This document shows positions 54,019 through 64,000 of a DNA stretch of 64,000 bases, piece after piece. The notes under the pieces were generated by a model, which searched no databases, was not told where the DNA came from, and was given only the letters and a program-made list of their open reading frames with translations. The translations under genes were made by a program, and so were the position numbers. How positions within the stretch are numbered: position 1 is the first letter of the stretch; every line of letters begins with the position of its first letter. The stretch covers positions 1-64,000 of the forward strand of contig NIVC01002720.1 in the NCBI GenBank assembly GCA_002269645.1, in the 5' to 3' direction. This DNA comes from Macrostomum lignano (Eukaryota).

Positions 54019-56170
54019 TCTATAGATTAGCAATCCATTCTATTCCTGTAAGCACAGGCTATAGATTAGCAATCCATTCTATTTCTGTAAGCACAGGCTA
54101 TAGATTAGCAATCCATTCTATTCCTGTAAGCACAGGCTATAGATTAGCAATCCATTCTATTCCTGTAAGCACAGGCTATAGATTAGCAATCCATTCTATT
54201 TCTGTAAGCACAGGCTATAGATTAGCAATCCATTCTATTCCTGTAAGCACAGGCTATAGATTAGCAATCCATTCTATTCCTGTAAGCACAGGCTATAGAT
54301 TAGCAATCCATTCTATTTCTGTAAGCACAGGCTATAGATTAGCAATCCATTCTATTCCTGTAAGCACAGGCTATAGATTAGCAATCCATTCTATTCCTGT
54401 AAGCACAGGCTATAGATTAGCAATCCATTCTATTCCTGTAAGCACAGGCTATAGATTAGCAATCCATTCTATTTCTGTAAGCACAGGCTATAGATTAGCA
54501 ATCCATTCTATTCCTGTAAGCACAGGCTATAGATTAGCAATCCATTCTATTTCTGTAAGCACAGGCTATAGATTAGCAATCCATTCTATTCCTGTAAGCA
54601 CAGGCTATAGATTAGCAATCCATTTTATTTCTGTAAGCACAGGCTATAGATTAGCAATCCATTCTATTCCTGTAAGCACAGGCTATAGATTAGCAATCCA
54701 TTCTATTTCTGTAAGCACAGGCTATAGATTAGCAATCCATTCTATTTCTGTAAGCATGGGCTATGGATTAGTAATCCATTCTATTCCTGTAAGCACAGGC
54801 TATAGATTAGCAATCCATTCTATTCCTGTAAGCACAGGCTATAGATTAGCAATCCATTCTATTTCTGTAAGCATGGGCTATGGATTAGCAATCCATTCTA
54901 TTCCTGTAAGCACAGGCTATAGATTAGCAATCCATTCTATTCCTGTAAGCACAGGCTATAGATTAGCAATCCATTCTATTTCTGTAAGCATGGGCTATGG
55001 ATTAGCAATCCATTCTATTCCTGTAAGCACAGGCTATAGATTAGCAATCCATTCTATTCCTGTAAGCACAGGCTATAGATTAGCAATCCATTCTATTCCT
55101 GTAAGCACAGGCTATAGATTAGCAATCCATTCTATTCCTGTAAGCACAGGCTATAGATTAGCAATCCATTCTATTTCTGTAAGCACAGGCTATAGATTAG
55201 CAATCCATTCTATTCCTGTAAGCACAGGCTATAAATTAGCAATCCATTCTATTTCTGTAAGCACAGGCTATAGATTAGCAATCCATTCTATTCCTGTAAG
55301 CACAGGCTATAGATTAGCAATCCATTCTATTCCTGTAAGCACAAGCTATGGATTGGCAATCCATTCTATTCCTGTAAGCATGGGCTATAGATTAGTAATC
55401 CATTCTATTCCTGTAAGCACAGGCTATAGATTAGCAATCTATTCTATTCCTGTAAGCATGGGCTATAGATTAGCAATCCATTCTATTTCTGTAAGCACAG
55501 GCTATAGATTAGCAATCCATTCTATTTCTGTAAGCACAGGCTATAGATTAGCAATCCATTCTATTTCTGTAAGCACAGGCTATGGATTAGCAATCCATTC
55601 TATTCCTGTAAGCACAAGCTATGGATTGGCAATCCATTCTATTCCTGTAAGCATGGACTATAGATTAGTAATCCATTCTATTCCTGTAAGCACAGGCTAT
55701 AGATTAGCAATCCATTCTATTCCTGTAAGCACAGGCTATAGATTAGCAATCCATTCTATTCCTGTAAGCACAGGCTATAGATTAGCAATCCATTCTATTT
55801 CTGTAAGCACGGGCTATAGATTAGCAATCCATTCTATTCCTGTAAGCACAGGCTATAGATTAGCAATCCATTCTATTCCTGTAAGCACAAGCTATGGATT
55901 GGCAATCCATTCTATTTCTGTAAGCATGGGCTATGGATTAGTAATCCATTCTATTCCTGTAAGCACAGGCTATAGATTAGTAATCCATTCTATTCCTGTA
56001 AGCATGGGCTATGGATTAGTAATCCATTCTATTCCTGTAAGCACAGGCTATAGATTAGTAATCCATTCTATTCCTGTAAGCACAGGCTATAGATTAGTAA
56101 TCCATTCTATTCCTGTAAGCACAGGCTATAGATTAGTAATCCATTCTATTCCTGTAAGCACATGCTATAG
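54019..56170. repeat. 39-bp minisatellite (TATAGATTAGCAATCCATTCTATTCCTGTAAGCACAGGC), ~55 copies
   Basis: Direct reading; source of the 765-aa spurious ORF. Confidence 0.97.
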
Positions 56171-56684
56171 GTAGCAACCCAATCTTTGAAAAGCAAAGGC
56201 CTACCAAACAAAATAAACTTCATTTCAGATAGTAAATTTAGCAATGCGATACCTACTTGTTGTGTGTTTACGCAAATTTCTCTCCATTAATATTCAAGGG
56301 TTCAACTGTCCGCATGGCCTGGCACTGCTGAAGGCTGTTTCTGTAAACTCAGTGTAAGGTGAAACTGCCGCACTGTGTTAGTCGTAGTTGAATCACAACA
56401 AACTTTGGCACAATTTTGCGGCAACCAAAAGTCGTGGGGGAAACCACCACTTACTCGTGTGTTGTAACTCAGCGAGATTCAGTGCGGGCTGGATTGGCAG
56501 GCGGATAAGCGCGTGTTGGGGCTCGGGTACTGGACTGCACAGAGCTGGCTAAAGCGGGGGTGACGGCGGAGGAAGGAGGGCGGCGCCCTGGACGTGGGCA
56601 CACAGTTTGAGGAGCTGGAGGGAAGGAATGGGTTAGGAGTGTACAGACACTCTTTGATGCCTAATGAGCAGAAAGACAAAGTAG

Positions 56685-57185
56685 ATAGATTGATAGATAG
56701 ATAGACAGAAGATAGATAGACAGAAGATAGATAGACAGAAGATAGATAGACAGAAGATAGATAGACAGAAGATAGATAGACAGAAGATAGATAGACAGAA
56801 AATAGATAGACAGAAGATAGATAGACAGAAGATAGATAGACAGAAGATAGATAGACAGAAGATAGATAGACAGAAGATAGATAGACAGAAGATAGATAGA
56901 CAGAAGATAGATAGACAGAAGATAGATAGACAGATACACATATAGACAGATAGACAGATAGACAGATAGACAGATAGACAGAAGATAGATAGACAGAAGA
57001 TAGATAGACAGAAGATAGATAGACAGAAGATAGATAGACAGAAGATAGATAGACAGAAGATAGATAGACAGAAGATAGATAGACAGAAGATAGATAGACA
57101 GAAGATAGATAGACAGAAGATAGATGGACAGATACACATATAGACAGATAGACAGATAGACAGATAGACAGAAAGACAGACAGAT
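56685..57185. repeat. (GATAGATAGACAGAA)n 15-bp compound microsatellite
   Basis: Direct reading. Confidence 0.95.
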
Positions 57186-57421
57186 TATGAGTAGGACTAC
57201 CAAGAGGGAGGGGGGGAATTCCCCCCCCCCTGACAATTTTTTTCGCTGCGCCGGAACGGAGCAACGCAGGCACACGAAATTCAAGAACACAGGCTAACTT
57301 TTTGTTGCACACCTTCTCAAACAAGAATCAAGTCGCCAGCCCTTCGGACCGTCGAGATATTCGACGATTCTGCCAGAAGGTCGGATTTTTCCCATAAGTG
57401 CTAGTGTATTCAGTACATCCC

Positions 57422-57985
57422 TGTGCGCCAATTAGCACTGCGCCTCGGTGCAGCCTTGCCAAGTCTTCAAATTTCATCAGCACGTCGAACACATGTGTCT
57501 GCATCAGTTCTGACTTCATTGGTCGCTAGCCTTCACTCGGGTGGAGCTTCTGGACCCTCAACAGCTGATGGCTGAATGCTTGACTGACTAGCTAAGGATG
57601 TCCAGCAGTTGAGGTTTGCTCATTATTGAAGCTTGATAAGAAAAACCTGACATATTTGCAACAGGATGTCCAATGTCACCTGGTGTAATCTGTTGAAGGA
57701 GCCGACGGCGTCGGGATGATGACGGAATGCTTGAGAGACTAGCTGAGGATGTCTGGCGGTTGATTCTTGCCCACTGTCGAGGCTTGATCGGCGAAACTAG
57801 AGAGATCCGCATCAGGGTGTCCATAGTCACCTGGTGCCACAGCTGTTGAGGGTCCAGAAGCTCCACTTGAGTGAAGGCTAGTGACCAACGAAGTCAGAAC
57901 TGATGCAGACACATGTGTTCGACGTGCTGATGAAATTTGGAGACTTTGCAAGGCTGCACTGAGGCGCAGTGCTAATTGGCGCACA
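57422..57985. repeat. 146-bp inverted repeat pair (57422-57567 / 57840-57985) around a 272-bp spacer
   Basis: Arms are high-identity reverse complements (e.g. CAGCACGTCGAACACATGTGTCTGCATCAGTTCTGACTTC). Confidence 0.9.
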
Positions 57986-58131
57986 ATGGTGCCTTCGCCT
58001 TGTCACGTCTTTGACGACTTTGCGAGTGGCTGTTGTGGCTTTTAGCCAAGCATGATAAGCCTGGATAGGCCATAGTGATGCATAGCATATCAGGCAAATT
58101 AGGAATAAGGAGTATAAGCAGCAGATAGATA

Positions 58132-58375
58132 CACTGGTGGACATTGAAAAGTACCCACCCTGATCTACATAGTGAGCCATTTCTCTCCGATCGCTACTGC
58201 AAGTTACGCAACTGGCATACTTATTACTGAATTGCACACTAAAGGAATAATAGTGAATAAATAGTAGTGAATAATACGGTTTCCCGCGCGGGATGCCAGT
58301 TGCGTGGCTTGCAGTTGCGATCGGAGAGAAAGGGCTCACTAGCTCAGGGTGGATGCTTTTCAATGTCCACCAGTG
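58132..58375. repeat. ~85-bp inverted repeat pair (58132-58218 / 58293-58375) upstream of LicD paralog 2
   Basis: CACTGGTGGACATTGAAAAG..GCAACTGGCAT versus ATGCCAGTTGC..CTTTTCAATGTCCACCAGTG. Confidence 0.9.
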
Positions 58376-58456
58376 CAGCTAGCGAAACCACAAATTGTAA
58401 GATGCATCAATCTGACATCGCATCGCACCTACCATCGCACATTGCACAGCCAAGCC

Positions 58457-59512
58457 ATGCAATCCAGCTTGCCAAACCAGCCCCGCTTCCGATGTCTCTG
58501 CATCGCCGCGGCCGCCTGTGTGTCCTGCCTGGCCTACTGGCTGCTATTTGGTCCGGGATCAGCTTCGCTCAAGTTGATGTCGCAGTCTCGGCCAGCACGG
58601 ATGTTCAACGACTGTCTAACCGACCTGCTTCTCGACTTCGACGCGGTCGTCGCTGGCGGCAGCAACGAGTCTGGCCTGAAGCTGCCAATCTACGCGACGC
58701 TGCCGAAAGGCCAGGCAAAGCCGATCAGCTGGCAGTGCCGGCGGGCCATGAATTTGCAGTCTGCACAGCAGGCAGGGCCGCCCGCTGGCTTTGTCAAACA
58801 GGAGCTGCTGACTGAAGCTGAGCGGGACAAGATGTACAGCATCGCCTGGGAGCTGCACTCCAACTTCAGCCGGCTCGGCCTGGAACTGTTTCTGGCCGGC
58901 GGCAGCCTGCTTGGCTCCGTGCGGCATCTCGGCTTCATCCCGTGGGACGCTGACTTGGACCTGATGATTCTGGCTAGTCATAAGCCGGCCGTCCGGCAGC
59001 TGCTGATTGACATGTCCAGCTCGGACGAGTACAGATTCGCGGACACGGAGAAGAGCAACGACCACTGGCAGCTGGGAGTGTTTTGCCGCCCCCTCAGAAC
59101 CAAGCCGCCCAGTCAGATTTACAAAAACGGTCGGCTTTATCCAGAGAAAGAGTGCAAAACCATTGTGGACTTTTTCTTTGGCAGAGTTGAACAAGACCAG
59201 TACAAGCGGAGTGAGCAGCCCTACTCGTTTCCTAAGGACTTTGTCTATCCTCTGTCGCTTCGGCCGTTTGGCCCCCACCAGCTGCCAGTGCCGAACCAAC
59301 CCGAGCGCTTCCTGGCTGCCGTCTATGGCAACAACTACGAGTCCGAGTGCCTGTTTAAGTACTTTCAGTATAAAAAATTTACCTGCGCCTCACTAAACAA
59401 TGTGTACCCGTTTGCTCAGCACTTGGAGCTGGTCCACCGGGGCACCATTGTACGCGTTGACCTCTTAGTGCAAAACTTAACTTCGCTGGCCATGTTCATT
59501 AAAAAGCAGTAG
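58457..59512 (+). CDS. LicD-family type II membrane protein, paralog 2, intronless
   Basis: TM (CLCIAAAACVSCLAYWLLFG); GGSLLGSVRHLGFIPWDADLDL; VYPLSLRPFG..LPVPNQPERFLAAVYG; likely ATG at 58457. Confidence 0.9.
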   Translation: MQSSLPNQPRFRCLCIAAAACVSCLAYWLLFGPGSASLKLMSQSRPARMFNDCLTDLLLDFDAVVAGGSNESGLKLPIYATLPKGQAKPISWQCRRAMNLQSAQQAGPPAGFVKQELLTEAERDKMYSIAWELHSNFSRLGLELFLAGGSLLGSVRHLGFIPWDADLDLMILASHKPAVRQLLIDMSSSDEYRFADTEKSNDHWQLGVFCRPLRTKPPSQIYKNGRLYPEKECKTIVDFFFGRVEQDQYKRSEQPYSFPKDFVYPLSLRPFGPHQLPVPNQPERFLAAVYGNNYESECLFKYFQYKKFTCASLNNVYPFAQHLELVHRGTIVRVDLLVQNLTSLAMFIKKQ

Positions 59513-60384
59513 CAGTAAATGAGAATTGCTTGCAGGTAATGTAAGTGCTCTGTCCCAACACGTGTCCCAACTTCATTGTCGTAATTCTTTTTGAAAATTT
59601 GTATCAATTCCTGTCTGTTCTGCAATAACGATCTGAGATATAGTCGCGAGCAGAACAGTTTTTTTGTTTATTTTTGCGCTCACAGACATAGTTGGATTAA
59701 AATATACAAGCGGTCGATGAAACAGTTTGTTGTACTGTAGAAATTCTCATTGGCTACTGTAAGATATGAAAAGCTGCATGAGCTTTATGGGTATAGGATT
59801 AAGCTACCGATGACGCAGAGCAAGGTTCAGTCTAAGTGGGCTGCAGCACAAGCACCTAGTTCTCAAGAGTTTGGAAAATTAGAAAATATATAGACTCAAC
59901 TTGAAGTCGCACTTTGCCCACCTTCGAAGTGTAAAAGTCCACGAGTCAAACAAGACGCAGCATTAGAGTCCTGAATGGTCCTCCGGAGATCCGTCCACTG
60001 GTAGACAATAATTCGCCACTGAGAGCTGATCAGAATCTACAGAAGCTATACGAACTGAAGCTGAGGGTGAAGCAAGGTCATCGCCGCAGGCGGAGTGAAC
60101 ATCTGACCCAAAAGTCCCTCTTGTTTTTATCGAACCTGATATTAACTTTACACCAACCTATAGAAGAGTAGGGGTGCTGCAGGTTTACACAGACACATTT
60201 TCTTAATCTGCTTTAGGCTCGAAGCTTTAAGCAAAAGTACAGCAGGTCATGCACATGTCGGGTCAGACATCGGTCAAGTAAGACACCGACTGCACACGTG
60301 AGTAAAGACTGGATCTCGTCAGTCACAGTTTTAGTCGGTCATCACGGGGGCAGTTCTCATGAATCAATTGCCAGCTAGCCAGTC

Positions 60385-61252
60385 TCAACTGGGCTCCATC
60401 AGCGAGTCCGTCACCCGCAATAGCGGCCTACTGTTGGACTCTTCGGCCAGCCGACTGCCTTCGCCTTCGTGGCAGCAGCAGCAGCAGCAGCAGCCGACGC
60501 CGCCGCCGCAGCCGTGCGGGCAGAGGTCGCCCCGGCGGAACTGCGCCGCCAGCAGGCCGGCCAGGGCCAGCGAGACCAGCAGCACCCCGGCCGAGGCGAA
60601 GCCGCCGGCCAGAGCGGCGCTGAAGGCGGGCTCGCCGGGCCTGCAGAGCGCGGCGCTGGCCAGGGCGAGCAGCAGGATGGCAGCGGCTGCGGCCGAAGTG
60701 CACTTCAGCCAGAATATCGCCTGCAGGAGGCGGCGCGGGTCTGAGCCAGACGGGAACAGGCGAAGGTGGCAGACGTCGCATTGACCGTCTCTGCTCGATT
60801 CGTAGTCGAACTTCTGGGATTTTGATTTGGGATCGATTCGAGTTCAACTTGATTGCACGCTTGCGAATGAGCTCAGTGTGTTTGAGTTGGGCTCGGCATG
60901 GCTTTGGTCAAATTCTATATAAGCCTGCAACAAATTCTACTCTCAAGAGCTCTTTCCCATATGCTTAAAGCTGACGAGGTAAGATACTTCTAGCAATGTA
61001 GCCTAGCTTATGGCTAACTATGGCTAACAGATCAGAGCAGCCCACCTGCAAGCACCGGTAGCAAATGTGCCGCATGGATCCAACGGAGCAGTTGCAGTGC
61101 AATTTTACCAGACTATTCAGTCGGCTGCTGCTACTCAGCAGGTCGGCTACAAACATGGCCAAGCTGCTCTCAATCTCGTCTTTGGATTGCAGGCAGATCC
61201 GGCAGGAACTGCAGCTGTCCGCGTCTCCACCAGAACCATCGTGTTTCAACAT
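60385..61252 (-). CDS. RING-CH/RINGv-like membrane E3 ligase (RING plus two TM helices); exons 61252-61046 and 60813-60385
   Basis: CRIC..CNC..GSMRHICYRCLQ|KFDYESSRDGQCDVCH across a phase-0 intron (CAG|GTGGGC..TCCCAG|AAG); two hydrophobic helices; poly-Cys tail. Confidence 0.8.
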
Positions 61253-61775
61253 GCCGAGTCTTCCTGACAGTTTAGGTGGCTTTAGTCGGAGATAATGTCG
61301 CACCATAAACAGTTGGTAGTTGGCTAGAAATTCTGCCGGCTCTTGCAAAGAGAGACAGTAGTGAGTATTAAATAGCGAATATCAGACCATTTCCGGAGCA
61401 CTGCTCACAGATTTCCCAGGCCAGTTTTGTGCGCGCAGTACGCTATAGCTGTGCGCAAACTATAGGTTTAGTCGTCGCTTCTTTTGTTCTTTCACCGTTC
61501 TGTATGAATACGAGAGCAGACTCGAATTTATGTGAGACCATCGGTTGGAATTTAAGCAGTGCGGTTGCTGCCGCTGCCTAGGGTTAGAGCTGCCTTGGCC
61601 AGAGCTAGAGAATGAGCTAGAGATTGTGTCATTTTTTGCTTTCCTTTCACAGTTTACCAGTAGATTAGTAGATTATACTATGTGATGTATTAAACTGTTA
61701 GACCTTTATTGATCATGGCTGTGCCATCCAGCTGCGGCCTGAGGTGCATCTTCCACTGGGTAGTCTGGGTAGTAG

Positions 61776-61995
61776 GAGAGGAGAGGAGAGGAGAGGAGAG
61801 GAGAGGAGAGGAGAGGAGAGGAGAGGAGAGGAGAGGAGAGGAGAAGAGAGGAGAGGAGAGGAGAGGAGAGGAGAGGAGAGGAGAGGAGAGGAGAGGAGAG
61901 GAGAGGAGAGGAGAGGAGAGGAGAGGAGAGGAGAGGAGAGGAGAGGAGAGGAGATGAGAGGAGAGGAGAGGAGAGGAGAGGAGAGGAGAGGAGAA
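61776..61995. repeat. (AGGAG)n microsatellite
   Basis: Direct reading. Confidence 0.97.
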
Positions 61996-62087
61996 TCGTT
62001 TGCTGAATAGTAGAAATTTCAACGTCTGCTTTGACAAAAAGTGTAATCTTTTTTCAGATTTCTCCTTATACTAATCGCCTTTCACAG

Positions 62088-62370
62088 CGGTTTCTGCATC
62101 GAGCTGGGGGCAGCAATCGCCGTGCTTCTGGCATCCAACGTCGGCATCTCCAATCAGCACCACCCACTACTGCAGGTTGGCAGCGTCGGCTTCTTTTGCA
62201 GCGGGAAAAGCGTGCGCTGGTCGATTTTTCGCAACATTCTGCTCGCCTGGCTGGTCAAGCTGCCCGTTAGCGCCGCGATCAGCGCCGGGATCATGGCCGC
62301 GCTGCCTGCGCGTCACTGCAATGTGACGCTGATCAACCACAAAATTAAGAGCTGCGCTGAATTTTCCTGA
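62088..62370 (+). pseudogene. Isolated, degenerate last exon of an SLC20/PiT (PHO4-family) phosphate transporter
   Basis: GFCIELGAAIAVLLASNVG..QVGSV..KSVRWSIFRNILLAWLVKLPVSAAISAGIMA matches the SLC20 C-terminus; TTCACAG acceptor; PISTTH appears only in a shifted frame; no upstream exons seen. Confidence 0.8.
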
Positions 62371-63615
62371 TGTGCATCCCATCCAGATTTGGCGGTTCCA
62401 TCATATGGCTCATGGCACCCGCATCGTGACCATTAAAAAAATCAGCTTTAAGTAAACATTAATCGCGTCTACATTATATTTGTTTATGTTCGTTGTGTTA
62501 AACTAGTTTACTTTCGTTACATGTATTAAACGAGCTAAATTAGGCTTGTTCCATTATGCAGTGTTTGAAATACGAGTACTCGAGGCGCTTCAATGCTAAC
62601 ATAGAAAACTATAAATTTTCTTTCAATTCCTCTGTGATTTCGTTAGAATCCCTCTTGTTGCAAGGAATACAGATGCATGTCACACAGCTACATGTAAATG
62701 CATGCATTTAAAACCCACATATTTCGTTTTAAGAATTTTAATTCATTTTAAGGGCAACAAAGTAGTTAAGTAGTTATATAAGTCAAAGTCAAAGTCAAAG
62801 TCAAAGTAGTTAAGTCAAACTAGTTAAGCCTAGTGTAGAAGTTTGGTACTATAGTCCATGATTAATTTTAGTCCAAGCTGTGCTGATACGCTGTTCTTTA
62901 GAGAGTTATTAAGACCATTAAAATCTTCGGTGAAGCCTAAGTGGAAAAAAAAGTTGTGGTGAATTTTAGCAACAAAACCTGTTGTTTGGTGAATTATTAT
63001 CGTGAAGAGGCAGAAAAATTGCATACGTGCTATACATACAGTAAAAATTAAACGTCGATTTTGGGCACTTGGGCCCAGACCCAGACAGACGTGATGATAT
63101 TTAATTGAAGTCCACGTTCTGCCAATGAGGAAAACCTAAATTTTCTTGCTAGGTGTAAAATTATGCAGTAAATGCTTTAAAAACGCAGAAATATCTCGCT
63201 AAAATTACTTCTTTATCGAGCTAGCCACACATTGCTATCAAAGCTTAGTTTTAACGTGTGAATGGCTAAGATTATTTCCTGGAAAAGCTACCACTAGTTC
63301 GAAAGAGAACTGAAATTCCATTTAATTTGCATGTAGATCTAATTGTTAATTATGATGAACGTTAATTACGTTGTTAAGTTGTGTAACATAATATTTTTAT
63401 TGACCTACCGTATTGTAATGATCAGTTGATGATTTGTTGTCTTTTTTATCTATCATACGACATTTAAGGCTTTTGCCAAGGACTACATAGGGTTTGGGTT
63501 TCTGCTTGTGCCTAGGGTTTCGCTTAGCCTTAGGTTTATTTGAGTGAGTTTTTGTGAGTCGTTTTTATTTTCCTGGGAGGTTCTTGTTGACAATGGCATC
63601 TGGGTCAGTGACTAG

Positions 63616-63932
63616 AATGCCCTGATAAAGCTTAAGATCAACATTTATGGCGAAAACCAACGCGTTTCAACCCACTAGGGCCGTCGTCAGGGTATATTTT
63701 AACGATATAACGCTTAATTAATAGCAAATAAATAAAGCTTAAGATCAACATTTATGGCGAAAACCAACGCGTTTCAACCCACTAGGGCCGTCGTCAGGGT
63801 ATATCGTTAAAATATACCCTGACGACGGCCCTAGTGGGTTGAAACGCGTTGGTTTTCGCCATAAATGTTGATCTTAAGCTTTATTTATTTGCTATTAATT
63901 AAGCGAGCAACTCTACCACAATGCCCTGATAA
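63616..63932. mobile_element. Penelope-like (PLE) terminal-repeat remnant forming a 94-bp-arm perfect palindrome, with three minimal hammerhead-ribozyme-like motifs
   Basis: Arms 63711-63804 and 63812-63905; CC-CTGACGA-CGGCCC-TAGT-GGGTT-GAAA-CGCG-TT-GG at 63817-63852; 13-bp flanking direct repeat AATGCCCTGATAA. Confidence 0.7.
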
Positions 63933-64000
63933 TACTTAAATTGGTTGTATGTAGCGATAGCCGATAGTTTTGCTGTCTGGCAGAAGCAGCAAAGGAGAGG

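Noticed and set aside
53877-56174. 765-aa ORF of YRLAIHSIPVSTG repeats
   Set aside because: 39-bp minisatellite starting at a TTG; no independent coding evidence
61690-62037. ERRGE/SSPLL repeat ORFs
   Set aside because: (AGGAG)n microsatellite translations

Overview
Eukaryotic (animal) genomic DNA; there is no CRISPR array and no prokaryotic operon. GC-rich, Gln/Ala-rich exons sit between unrelated minisatellite arrays and AT-rich TE debris. This style resembles the flatworm Macrostomum lignano (inference, not verified by search). Genes supported: archaemetzincin-like 3' part (frameshifted), SMAD4, a DEG/ENaC channel, then a minus-strand run of FAAH-like amidase, an orphan (possibly HAUS2-like), NDUFS7, PDCD6/ALG-2 and a C2H2 zinc-finger locus; followed by TSC1/hamartin, tRNA-Pro(CGG), two LicD-family paralogs, a RING-CH-like two-TM E3 ligase and an orphan SLC20 exon. 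Mobile elements: a tRNA/CORE-type SINE plus a truncated copy, R1-like and RTE-like LINE remnants, a DD34D mariner with long TIRs, foldback MITEs, and a palindromic Penelope-type hammerhead-ribozyme cassette. Most interesting: the hammerhead palindrome with flanking direct repeat; a private minisatellite beside many exons; splice acceptors just upstream of most start codons (possible SL trans-splicing/operon); an in-frame TGA at a zinc-finger splice junction; and a RING with His-to-Cys substitution. Splice sites and homologies were read by eye and from memory of family motifs; no searches were run.
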